Assembly (NCBI GenBank): GCA_963731925.1
Contig: CAVSXK010000026.1
Location: forward strand, 21,526 to 85,525
Source: an uncultured Actinomycetes bacterium
GTDB lineage: Bacteria > Actinomycetota > UBA4738 > HRBIN12
Length of the DNA stretch: 64,000 bases
Reading direction: 5' to 3'
A program made the position numbers and the translations under genes. The notes under the pieces were generated by a model that saw only the letters and a program-made list of their open reading frames with translations, had not been told where the DNA came from and searched no databases. This document shows positions 10,710 through 19,051 of this stretch, in pieces. Every line of letters begins with the position of its first letter. The stretch's first letter is position 1.

Positions 10710-12082
10710 GACGTCTCCTCTGCTGTCTGGGCCGTGGCCGCGACCTCGTCGGAGGACCGTTCCGTCTCTCGGGTGGGGTCCTCGGTGCCGGGGTCCGACC
10801 GGATGTCCGCGTGCTCGACGAGGAGGTCGAGCGCCTTAGAGCGGATGATATCACCGGCCAGTGCTACGACTTGGCCGGTGCGGTCGAGGCTCTTGGCCAG
10901 ATCCTTCGGCTCGCGGCCGAGCGCGGCTGCGAGACTACCGATCTCGCGCCCGATCTCTTCGGCCGTCACCTGGATGTCCTCCTGACGGGCGACGGCCTCC
11001 AGGACGAGGTCGGCCTTGATGGCCCGGATCGCGTGGTCGCGAGCGTCCGCTCGGAACCGGAGCTCGTCGAACCCCTGCGTCTCGAGCAACTGGTTCAGGG
11101 TCATGCCCGCCTGCTCGGCGCGCTCCTGCGCGTGCACGACACGGTGCTGCACCTCCTCGTCGACGAGTGAATCCGGGAGCTCGACGTCGACCGAACCGAT
11201 CATCGCCTCGAGCACGCGATCGCGGACGTCGGCGTCGGCGGAGCGCTCCCGGTTCTTCCGCAACTGCTCCCGGAGATCCGCCTTCAGCTCCTCGAGCGTG
11301 TCGAACTCGGACGCCACCCTGGCGAACTCGTCGTCGGCGTCGGGCAGCTTCTTCCCCTTGACCTCCTTGACCAACGCTCGGAACGAGACCTCCTGCCCGG
11401 CACGATCCCCCGCACCGGGTCCGAGCGTGTCGTTGAACGCGATGATCTCGCCGGCGCGCTTGCCGGCGAGCTCGGCGTCCAGCTTGTCGCCGAACTCACC
11501 GCTGCCGACCGCATACAGGTGGTCGGGCCGGGTGGCCTCGGGGATCTCCTCGCCGTGGACGGCCGCGTGCAGGTCGACGACCACGTAATCGCCCTCGCGA
11601 GCCGCGCGCGACACGGTCTCGAGCTCGGCGAACCGATCGCGCAGCGAATCGAGATACCGGTCGACCTCCTGGTCGGTGATCTCGACCTTCGGTCGATCGA
11701 CCCGGATGCCCTTGTACGCCGACGCGTCGAGCGTCAGACGAGGCCGGACCTCGACGACCGCCGTGAAGACCAGCGCCTTGCCCTCCTCCACGTCGCCGAG
11801 CTCGATGTCGGGCTCGGTGATCGGGGCGAGATCGTGTTCGCGCAACGCCTCCCGGTAGTACGTGGGCACCGACTCCTCGATGAACTCGCCCAGCACGGCG
11901 TCGTGTCCGAACTGCGCATCGATCACCTGCTTCGGGACCTTCCCCTTGCGGAAGCCCGGGATCTTGATCTGTTGCGCGATCTTCCGGTACGCCCGGTCGA
12001 GGTCCTTTCCCACCTCGTCGGGCGGGATCTCGACGGTGAGCTTGACCGTGTGCTTGTCGGTCGATTCGAGGGTCGTCTGCAT
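10706..12082 (-). CDS. tig: trigger factor
   Basis: 458 aa from [24 protein letters not shown]..., PPIase/FKBP middle domain, acidic C-terminal tail; upstream part of the 728-aa ORF is not coding. Confidence 0.93.
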   Translation of the reverse strand: MQTTLESTDKHTVKLTVEIPPDEVGKDLDRAYRKIAQQIKIPGFRKGKVPKQVIDAQFGHDAVLGEFIEESVPTYYREALREHDLAPITEPDIELGDVEEGKALVFTAVVEVRPRLTLDASAYKGIRVDRPKVEITDQEVDRYLDSLRDRFAELETVSRAAREGDYVVVDLHAAVHGEEIPEATRPDHLYAVGSGEFGDKLDAELAGKRAGEIIAFNDTLGPGAGDRAGQEVSFRALVKEVKGKKLPDADDEFARVASEFDTLEELKADLREQLRKNRERSADADVRDRVLEAMIGSVDVELPDSLVDEEVQHRVVHAQERAEQAGMTLNQLLETQGFDELRFRADARDHAIRAIKADLVLEAVARQEDIQVTAEEIGREIGSLAAALGREPKDLAKSLDRTGQVVALAGDIIRSKALDLLVEHADIRSDPGTEDPTRETERSSDEVAATAQTAEETS

Positions 12083-12119
12083 GCGCTCACGAGCGTAACG
12101 GAAAGGCGCTTCCGGTATC

Positions 12120-12941
12120 GTGCGCGGCCGGGGCTCGGAGCAGCCGCCGCGCCGGGAGGCCCACGTGGTCGAGACAGGGTTCGAGGACGAACTCGCGTTC
12201 GCGCACGAGTTGGCGGATCTGGCCGGCGAGATCGGTCTCGGGTTCTTCCACGGGTCGTTCGAGGTGACGATCAAACCCGATCGAACCCCGGTCACCGAAG
12301 CCGACCTGTCGATCGAGGCCACGATCCGGGCGGCGGTGAAGGAGCGCTTCCCCGGGGACAGCATCCTCGGGGAAGAGGGTGGCCTGGAAGGCGAGGGGCG
12401 GCGGCGGTGGATCGTCGACCCGATCGACGGGACGAAGAACTTCGCGGACGGCGTGCAGATCTGGTCGAACCTGATCGCGCTGGCCGTGGATGACGAACCG
12501 GTCGTGGGGGTCGTCAACCTGCCCGCGCTCGGCGAGCGGTACGACGCCTCGCGTGGAGGCGGCGCCAGGTTGAACGGCGAGCCGATCCAGGTCTCGCGCG
12601 CCGACCGCGTCCCGCGCTCGTTCGTGGTCTTCGCCGGCATGGAGGACTGGCTGTCGGGTCCGTTCGCGGGGGGTGTGCAGGCCCTCGTCTCGGAGGCGCG
12701 CAGGAACCGGGGGTTCGGCGACGCCTGGGGCCACTGCCTCGTGGCGCGCGGCTCGGCGGACGTCATGGTCGAGCTCGAGCTGGCCACCTGGGACTTCGCG
12801 GCCCTCCAGGTGATCGTCGACGAGGCGGGCGGTCGGATGAGCCAGTTCGACGGGTCGGCGCTCGCCCACGGCGGGACGGTCGTGACCACCAACGGAGTCC
12901 TGCACGACGAGATCGTCGCGAGGCTGCGACCCGAGGACTAG
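12120..12941 (+). CDS. inositol monophosphatase family protein (HisN/ImpA-like)
   Basis: IMPase motifs EEGG...WIVDPIDGTKNF...; start may be an internal GTG. Confidence 0.8.
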   Translation: MRGRGSEQPPRREAHVVETGFEDELAFAHELADLAGEIGLGFFHGSFEVTIKPDRTPVTEADLSIEATIRAAVKERFPGDSILGEEGGLEGEGRRRWIVDPIDGTKNFADGVQIWSNLIALAVDDEPVVGVVNLPALGERYDASRGGGARLNGEPIQVSRADRVPRSFVVFAGMEDWLSGPFAGGVQALVSEARRNRGFGDAWGHCLVARGSADVMVELELATWDFAALQVIVDEAGGRMSQFDGSALAHGGTVVTTNGVLHDEIVARLRPED

Positions 12942-12962
12942 GAGCCGGCGGATGGCGGACGG

Positions 12963-13376
12963 TCAGGAGGCCGGCAGACGCCGCATCGCCGACCTCGCAT
13001 CGGCGATGGTGACCTTCGCCTTGCGGTAGTTCCGCAGGGCGAACCGATCGCACGTGGTCTCGGCCGACATCCCTCGACCGTGGTGCCGGTGCAGGTACCA
13101 GTGCATCCATTCGTGCAGGTACAGGAACCGGAGCACCTCGCGCGGCGTTCGGAACGTCACGCCTTCGGTCAGCCAGATGAACCGGATGGACCGTCCGGGC
13201 CTGCGCTTGGCGCCGAACGCGACCACCTCGCCGAACGGGAGGAACGGCTCGGGGACCTGCAGCGTGATGGTCCGCGAGTCGAAGTCGGTCTGCGCGGCCA
13301 GGTGAGGCTTCTCCCGGTAGCGCAGGGGTTTGACGAGGACCTCGAACCCGTCGGTCGCGGGCAGGCCGGCCAGCAT
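12963..13376 (-). CDS. DUF45/WLM-like HExxH zinc-metallopeptidase family protein
   Basis: C-terminal LHEWMHWYLHRHH (HExxH) plus basic N-terminal segment typical of YgjP/DUF45. The ORF-track extension up to 13574 runs through the tRNA-Pro remnant and is not credible. Confidence 0.5.
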   Translation of the reverse strand: MLAGLPATDGFEVLVKPLRYREKPHLAAQTDFDSRTITLQVPEPFLPFGEVVAFGAKRRPGRSIRFIWLTEGVTFRTPREVLRFLYLHEWMHWYLHRHHGRGMSAETTCDRFALRNYRKAKVTIADARSAMRRLPAS

Positions 13377-13459
13377 CCGTCCGGCGCGGCCGTCCGACAG
13401 ATCGTCCACCGTGGAGGTGAGGTGCACGGGCGTAAGGCTAGCCAGGCTCGGAGGGATCG

Positions 13460-13502
13460 GTCGGGGCGGGCGGATTCGAACCGCCGGCCTCCTGCTCCCA
13501 AA
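13460..13502 (-). repeat. 43-nt direct repeat identical to the 3' half (anticodon loop to discriminator) of tRNA-Pro(TGG); att-like remnant
   Basis: gtcggggcgggcggattcgaaccgccggcctcctgctcccaaa is identical to 22948-22990. The 5' half of a tRNA is absent: no acceptor or D-arm complement upstream. Confidence 0.75.
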
Positions 13503-13590
13503 CCAGAAGCGGCGCAGAGCCGCTACCTGCGGAGACGATCGTTCGCCCTGGTCGGTGCTCGTAACAGGAGTCACACGGGCGCGGTCGAAT

Positions 13591-13632
13591 TCCGTTGGAT
13601 GCCGTTGGTTCTGCTACCTCGGTGCTACCTCC
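13591..13632. repeat. two pairs of short tandem direct repeats (CCGTTGG-N4-CCGTTGG; TGCTACCTC-N3-TGCTACCTC) next to the tRNA remnant
   Basis: Read directly: ttccgttggatgccgttggttctgctacctcggtgctacctcc. Confidence 0.4.
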
Positions 13633-13654
13633 CTGTTATCCGCGCGGACGCGAA

Positions 13655-13676
13655 GTGACCTCTTCCGCGTCAAGGA
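13655..13676. repeat. 22-nt motif gtgacctcttccgcgtcaagga, copy 1
   Basis: Exact repeat of 52707-52728; both copies lie in lower-GC non-coding spacers, each with gccaggctcg upstream (204 nt away here, 5 nt away at copy 2). Confidence 0.7.
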
Positions 13677-13750
13677 AGGCAGGCGCAATGGCCATGCATC
13701 CTCCACGAGGGTCGTTGCCTCCAGGCTACGGGCAGCCTGGAGGACGTGAA

Positions 13751-13781
13751 GCGACCCCGCCGGCATACGCGGCGGGGTCGC
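13751..13781 (-). terminator. 12-bp GC-rich hairpin downstream of the DUF4397 gene, followed by a second 10-bp hairpin at 13718-13743
   Basis: gcgaccccgccg-gcatacg-cggcggggtcgc; candidate intrinsic terminator without a clear U tract. Confidence 0.35.
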
Positions 13782-13807
13782 TCCCTACGCCTTTCGGTGC
13801 GGCGTCC

Positions 13808-14476
13808 CTACTTGGTGCCGACCTCCAGGGCCACGACCGCGAAGTCGTAGCCAGAGGTCCCGTTGCCCCAGGCGTAGACCTGGTAAGCCGTGCCCTCCTG
13901 CAGATCGAGGACGGCTGGCCCGATCACCGGCGCGTAGTCACCCGGAAGGGAGACCCAGGCCGCGTAGACGCCGGTGGGCACCTTCATCGTGGCGGAGGCG
14001 CCGTTCGGCACGTCCTCGAGCAGCACGGCGCCGTTCGCCCACACGTCGACGGCGGGGGCCGCGGCGGTGTGGCGGACCGTGAGGCGCGCGGTGTCGCTCC
14101 TCAGCGCCTTCACGTTGTTCTTGAACAACCCGAGGGTCGGGCTGCCATCGGCCGTCAGGTATGCGATCGCCGTGTAGTTCTTGTTCCTCGCCAGCTCGAC
14201 GCCGTCGGCCTCGAGGATCGCCTCGTCGTCGCAGGTGTTGCTGGCGGCCACGATCTTGACGTCGTAGGTGCCGGCCGGCAGCGGCACGCCGGTCACGACC
14301 TCGCCGGGGTTGAACTCGGGGATGGCCACGGCCCCGTTCATGCAGACTTCGACGTCCACGCCGGGGATCCCGTGCACGACGTTGAGCGACGCGTCGGCGG
14401 CCGAGGCCGTCCCCACGCCGAGCATCGAGACCGCGAGCGTCGCTGCGACACCGAGTCCCAGGAGTCGCTTCCTCAT
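13808..14476 (-). CDS. secreted DUF4397-like protein
   Basis: 222 aa with signal peptide (MRKRLLGLGVAATLAVSMLGVGTASA), beta-rich and Gly/Val-rich; family assignment from memory. Confidence 0.7.
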   Translation of the reverse strand: MRKRLLGLGVAATLAVSMLGVGTASAADASLNVVHGIPGVDVEVCMNGAVAIPEFNPGEVVTGVPLPAGTYDVKIVAASNTCDDEAILEADGVELARNKNYTAIAYLTADGSPTLGLFKNNVKALRSDTARLTVRHTAAAPAVDVWANGAVLLEDVPNGASATMKVPTGVYAAWVSLPGDYAPVIGPAVLDLQEGTAYQVYAWGNGTSGYDFAVVALEVGTK

Positions 14477-14616
14477 CCTGCTTCCTCCTCTTGCCTCGGG
14501 AGCGGGCCACTCCCGCTCCGTCCTCCCAGGAAGCTACGTGAGGACGCTGCCACAATCCATGCGTAAACCTATGCACTCCGCATTGTTTTCCGTCGGCAAC
14601 GCGGTACCATCTAGGC

Positions 14617-15525
14617 ATGCCTGACCCGAACGGAACCTCGAAGCCGGGCGTGCCCATCGCCACCGTGTCGAAGACGCTCGACATCCCGGTCCCCACCATC
14701 CGCTCCTGGGAGCGACGGTACGGCTTCCCCGCGCCGCCCCGGACGGACGGCCGGCATCGCCGCTACACCCCCCGCGAGATCGAGCAGCTCCGCAACCTCC
14801 GCGATCTCATCACGCGCGGGCACTCGGCCCGCGAGGCCGTCGCGCGCCTGAGCGCCGCACCGTCGCGGGCCGACGGCGGGGATCTCGTCGAACAGCTGAT
14901 CGACGCCGCGATGCGTCTGGACAGCGACGGGGTGCGCGGGGCGCTGGATGGCTCGGCCGAACGGCTCGGGGTCGAGGGCGCGATCCGCGACGTGATGTTC
15001 CGCGCGATGCGGGAGATCGGGACGCGGTGGAAGACCGGAACCTGCGACATCGAGCAGGAGCACCTCGCGAGCGAGGCGGTACGGGCGTGGCTCGCCCGCC
15101 AGAGGGCGATGGCGCCGCCCCCGTTCCGGCCGGATCCGATCGTCCTCGCGTGCGGTCCAAAGGACCTCCACACGATCGGGCTCGAGGCGTTCGCCGTCGT
15201 CCTCGCCCGGCGGGGCTGGCCCCTGCGGATGCTCGGCGCGATGACACCCGCCCCCTCGCTCCTCTCGGCGGTCCGAACCGTCCGCGCGGCGGTGGTGGTG
15301 GTGATCTCCCAGCGCGGTGTCACGCGCCGGGCGGCGATCGAGTCCCTCGCGGGGGTCGACGCCGTGCCGGGCGTCAGGGCGTTCTATGCGGGGGACGCGT
15401 TCGTCGCGGCGTCCGCTCGGCGCGACGTCCCCGGCACGTACCTGGGGGAGGACGTGGTCCAGGCGGCCGAGCTGCTTGAGTCCGCCCTCACGCGGCCCCG
15501 GTCCAGCCGGAGCGCGGCGCGCTAG
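14617..15525 (+). CDS. carH: CarH/LitR-type MerR-family transcriptional regulator with B12-binding domain (light-sensing photoreceptor regulator)
   Basis: MerR HTH (VSKTLDIPVPTIRSWERRYGFP); Wx9EH motif (WKTGTCDIEQEH); canonical B12-binding DxHxxG (DLHTIG). Confidence 0.85.
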   Translation: MPDPNGTSKPGVPIATVSKTLDIPVPTIRSWERRYGFPAPPRTDGRHRRYTPREIEQLRNLRDLITRGHSAREAVARLSAAPSRADGGDLVEQLIDAAMRLDSDGVRGALDGSAERLGVEGAIRDVMFRAMREIGTRWKTGTCDIEQEHLASEAVRAWLARQRAMAPPPFRPDPIVLACGPKDLHTIGLEAFAVVLARRGWPLRMLGAMTPAPSLLSAVRTVRAAVVVVISQRGVTRRAAIESLAGVDAVPGVRAFYAGDAFVAASARRDVPGTYLGEDVVQAAELLESALTRPRSSRSAAR

Positions 15526-16826
15526 GTCGCGACCGGGACGATCGGCTCCGGGTAGCCGGAGCCGCGGAGCAGCGCCGGGTCCTTCCACGGGGTGAAGACC
15601 AGGGGCGCCTGGACGCCGCGGAGCTCCTGGACGTACCGACGAATGTACGCGCCGCTCGGGTCGTACCGCCTGGCCTGCCGGACGGGATTCAGGGTCCGGG
15701 TTCGGCGGGGATCGGTGCCCGTGCCCGCCGCCCACTGCCAATTGCCGGCGTTGTTCGCGGGGTCCGCGTCGATCAGCAGACGTGAGAAGTGGCGTTCGCC
15801 CCGCTGCCACGGCACCCCGAGGCGCCGCGTCAGGAACGAGGCGGCCACGAGCCGCGCCCGGTTGTGCATCCACCCCTCGCGCAGCAGCTGGCGCATCCCG
15901 GCGTCGACGAGCGGGAGCCCGGTCCGACCTTCGCGCCAGGCGGCCAGCGCGCGATCCTCCGGCACCGGAGGCCCGGAGATCCCCACCGGGTCCCGGAGGC
16001 TCCGCCACGCGAGCGCCGGGTCCTCCGCTAGGAGCTGCAGGAAGAAGTCGCGCCACGCCAGCTGCCGGACGAACGGCTCGGCGGCGGCGGCGTTCGCGCG
16101 TATCGCCACCTCGTTAGCCGAAACGCACCCGAACCGCAGATAGGGAGACAGGCGCGACGTGGCCTCGACCGCGAGGTCGTCCCGTCCCTCCGCATAGCCC
16201 CCGAGCTCGCGTCCGAGGAAAGCGTGGAGGCGCCGCCGCCCGACGCGCTCGCCGCCACGGGCGACGTCGACCGCGTCGGGCGTGACCGATACCGGGTCCG
16301 GTCGCGGGCCCGGCTCCAGATCGCCCGGGACGATGACCCGCCGCGGCGCGGGCAGAAGGTCACCCGGCGGTCGCTGCCTCCAGGCGCGGAAGTACGGGGT
16401 GAACACGCGATACGCGTTCGCCCGCGGGAGCCCGCCGGGCTCGAAGACGGCGCTCTCGGGGAAGACCCGCAGGTCGAGCCGCGCCCGCTCGCAGGCCTCG
16501 GCGAGCTGGCGCTCGCGGCGTCGGGCGTAGGCGCTCGCGTCCCCCGTCACGAAGATCGCCGAGCAGCCCGCCTCGATCGCGACCGTCATCGCCTCTTCGA
16601 CCACCGCCCCCCGGCGGACGAACAGCCGGCCGTCGAGTCGTTCGAGCGAGCGATCCAGGTCGACGAGGCTCTCGAGCAGGAACCGGTCGCGGTTCGCCGA
16701 GGTCTCGAGGAGCCCCGGGTCCAGCACGAAGAGCGGGACGATCTCGGAGGCCGTCCGGCACGCCTCGGCGAGCGCGGGGTGATCGTGGACACGCAGGTCA
16801 CGCGTGAACAGGACGAGGATCCGCAT
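15522..16826 (-). CDS. phr: deoxyribodipyrimidine photolyase (CPD photolyase)
   Basis: 434 aa; photolyase/cryptochrome FAD-binding motifs (...WREGRTGLPLVDAGMRQL...GWMHNRARLVAASFL...DADPANNAGNWQWAAGTGTD). Confidence 0.9.
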   Translation of the reverse strand: MRILVLFTRDLRVHDHPALAEACRTASEIVPLFVLDPGLLETSANRDRFLLESLVDLDRSLERLDGRLFVRRGAVVEEAMTVAIEAGCSAIFVTGDASAYARRRERQLAEACERARLDLRVFPESAVFEPGGLPRANAYRVFTPYFRAWRQRPPGDLLPAPRRVIVPGDLEPGPRPDPVSVTPDAVDVARGGERVGRRRLHAFLGRELGGYAEGRDDLAVEATSRLSPYLRFGCVSANEVAIRANAAAAEPFVRQLAWRDFFLQLLAEDPALAWRSLRDPVGISGPPVPEDRALAAWREGRTGLPLVDAGMRQLLREGWMHNRARLVAASFLTRRLGVPWQRGERHFSRLLIDADPANNAGNWQWAAGTGTDPRRTRTLNPVRQARRYDPSGAYIRRYVQELRGVQAPLVFTPWKDPALLRGSGYPEPIVPVAT

Positions 16827-16899
16827 GGGTTCGACTGTAGGGGTCTCATGTCGCCATCGGGTCCCCGAACCCGTGCAACCTGGCCGGGCCGATCCGTGA

Positions 16900-17730
16900 T
16901 CAGTCGGCGGACGCCAACGTCCCCGCGAAGATCTGCCACGCCAGCGCGGACTTGGCCACCAGACTGAGGAGCATGTAGACGCGCTCCCCGAACAGGTAGT
17001 CCTTCCACCGCCCGATCTGCCGGTACTGCAGCCATTGGTTCACGGCGAACGACATGAAGAACACGAACAGTGAGACGAAGATCGCGTAGACGAACCCCGG
17101 TGCCTGCGCGTCCGTGCCGATCCCGGCGAGGTACAGCCCGATCGCGATCCACGGGACGACCCCGATCAGGCTCCCGAGCCAGAACGGCAGCATGCCCCCG
17201 CCGGGGCGCTCGTACCGCTCCTGCAGCAAGCCGAACAGGATCATCGCCGCGTTGGCCCCGAGGATCGCGATCACGGCGGCCACGTCGGTAATGCCGGGGA
17301 GCAGCGCGATCAGCACCGCCATGAGCGACGCGCTCACCGAGTACTCGATCCACCGGAAGTCGTTGCGCCCCACCAACAGCATCCGCCGGTACCGCGGGAA
17401 CCCCAGCGGCGAGGCGATCAGGAAGTGCGCGATCGCCGAGATCAACAGGAAGGCGGCCACCGCCCACGCCACGCGCAGGTCGAACAGCGTGACCGTCTCC
17501 GACGCGGAGCCCGGCGGGCCGGTGAGCGGGTGGATGACGATCGGGATCGTGAACCCGGTCGCGAGGATGAGGATCAGCACGCCCTGCGCCGCGTGCAGGA
17601 GGCCGAGGGCGAGGTTGACGCCCCGCAAGCGGCCGATGCGGCTCGAGACCTCGGCCTCCGAGGCGCCCGGGAACAGCAGCTCGCGAAGATCCTCGCGCGA
17701 AGCGGCGCTCATCGGAACCGCTCCCTGCAT
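16900..17730 (-). CDS. heliorhodopsin
   Basis: 276 aa, 7TM; strong similarity to heliorhodopsin 48C12 as recalled from memory (FRWIEYSVSASLMAVLIAL.., ..LPFWLGSLIGVVPW.., ..ERVYMLLSLVAKSALAWQIFAGTL with the retinal Schiff-base Lys in SLVAKSALAW). Possible alternative start at M7 (17712) with better RBS (GGGAG). Confidence 0.88.
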   Translation of the reverse strand: MQGAVPMSAASREDLRELLFPGASEAEVSSRIGRLRGVNLALGLLHAAQGVLILILATGFTIPIVIHPLTGPPGSASETVTLFDLRVAWAVAAFLLISAIAHFLIASPLGFPRYRRMLLVGRNDFRWIEYSVSASLMAVLIALLPGITDVAAVIAILGANAAMILFGLLQERYERPGGGMLPFWLGSLIGVVPWIAIGLYLAGIGTDAQAPGFVYAIFVSLFVFFMSFAVNQWLQYRQIGRWKDYLFGERVYMLLSLVAKSALAWQIFAGTLASAD

Positions 17731-17779
17731 CGTGGGAGCTCTTGGTCTTCATGGTCCCATCTCCTTCCGTCGCACGGCT

Positions 17780-17796
17780 CCTCGGCGGCGCCGAGG
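17780..17796. other. perfect 17-bp GC palindrome abutting the CFA-synthase stop codon in the CFAS-heliorhodopsin spacer
   Basis: cctcggcg-g-cgccgagg; could be an intercistronic terminator or attenuator hairpin, or a dimeric-regulator operator. Confidence 0.3.
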
Positions 17797-17797
17797 G

Positions 17798-19051
17798 TCA
17801 TGCAGCTTCGAGGACGATCTGGCTCACGTCGGTACGTCCTGCCCGGAACCCTCCCTCGCAGTACGAGAGGTAGTACTGCCACATCCGCTTGAAGCGCTCA
17901 TCGAACCCGAGACCGGCGATGGCGGGCCACGACGCGTCGAAGCGCCGACGCCACTCGGCCAGGGTGAGCGCGTACGACGACCCGTAGCCCTGCATCGCCG
18001 TGATCCGCAACCCAGCGGCCGCAGCGTCGGCCCGCAGCACGCCGGGCGAGGGCACCTGGCCCCCGGGGAAGACGTAGCGGCGGATGAAGTCGGGGTTCGC
18101 GTCCGAGGACGCCCAGTGCCGGTCCGCCACCGTGATGGCCTGCAGGCCGATCCGCCCGCCCGGACCGAGACGGTCCGCGAGCGCGCGGAAGTACTCGACC
18201 CACCGGGTTCGCGGGATCGACTCGATCATCTCGATCGACACGATCGCGTCGTAGGTGCCGGGGGTCCGCGCGAAGTCCTCGAGGCGCACCTCCACGCGAT
18301 CGCCGAGCCCTCGGTCGGCCATCAGCTTCTCCACCCACGTCGCCTGCTCCCCCGACACCGTCACCGTGCTCACGGTGCACCCGAGCTCGCCGGCCGCGAA
18401 GGCGGCGAACCCACCCCATCCGGAGCCCACCTCGAGGACCCGCATCCCCGCTCGCAGGCCGGCGGCCCGCGCGATGCGCAGGTACTTCTCCCGCTGCGCC
18501 TCCTCCAGAGACATGTCCTCGCGCGCGAACACGGCCGACGAATACGTCATCGACCCGTCCAGCCACTCGCGGAAGAATGCGTTGCCGAGGTCGTAATGCT
18601 CCACGGGGGTCCGGAGCGGACCTCGCGGTGTGCTGGCGCGGCCGATCCATCGCCAGGCGGCGCGCCCGGCGCGGTCGAGGACGACGGGGATCCGGGGGCG
18701 ATGGTCCCGCTCCAGGTGCAGCGCCCCGAGCTCGATCACGGACGCCAGGTCGGGTGAGTCGAACTCGCCGGCGATCCAGCCGTCGGCCAGCCCGATCGCG
18801 CCCGTGGAGAGGAGCCGTCGGATCACGCGTTCGTCGCGCAGGTCCACCTCGGCGTCGGGCCCCGGCAGCCTTCCGGTGTACGTGCGCATCGAGCCGTCAG
18901 GGAACCGCACCCGGAGGGTCCCGGTACGGAGCAGCCGGCCGGCGAGCCGGTCCAGGAGCCACCGCTCGGCGCTCACGTCCCCACCCCCACCGGTCCGCGC
19001 TCGATCGTCACGAGGTGGTCCGGGGTCGGGCCGTGGCGGCGGAACGGGGCC
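17798..19051 (-). CDS. cyclopropane-fatty-acyl-phospholipid synthase family SAM-dependent methyltransferase (UfaM/UfaO-like)
   Basis: SAM-binding VLEVGSGWGG and CFA-synthase C-terminus (...QYYLSYCEGGFRAGRTDVSQIVL); start approximated at an internal GTG; overlaps DUF1365 stop. Confidence 0.8.
   Translation of the reverse strand, partial: GPVPPPRPDPGPPRDDRARTGGGGDVSAERWLLDRLAGRLLRTGTLRVRFPDGSMRTYTGRLPGPDAEVDLRDERVIRRLLSTGAIGLADGWIAGEFDSPDLASVIELGALHLERDHRPRIPVVLDRAGRAAWRWIGRASTPRGPLRTPVEHYDLGNAFFREWLDGSMTYSSAVFAREDMSLEEAQREKYLRIARAAGLRAGMRVLEVGSGWGGFAAFAAGELGCTVSTVTVSGEQATWVEKLMADRGLGDRVEVRLEDFARTPGTYDAIVSIEMIESIPRTRWVEYFRALADRLGPGGRIGLQAITVADRHWASSDANPDFIRRYVFPGGQVPSPGVLRADAAAAGLRITAMQGYGSSYALTLAEWRRRFDASWPAIAGLGFDERFKRMWQYYLSYCEGGFRAGRTDVSQIVLEAA

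Noticed and set aside
13455-13535. Possible second, complete tRNA gene
   Set aside because: Only the 3' half matches tRNA-Pro. Upstream sequence cannot form an acceptor or D-arm. It is a partial duplication, not a tRNA.
12963-13574. 203-aa ORF extending the DUF45-like gene through the tRNA remnant
   Set aside because: The N-terminal 65 residues are translation of the tRNA fragment and spacer ([13 protein letters not shown]). The real start is likely at or near 13376.
14611-16056. 481-aa minus-strand ORF across carH and phr
   Set aside because: Antisense or overlapping artifact, Arg/Pro/Gly-rich.
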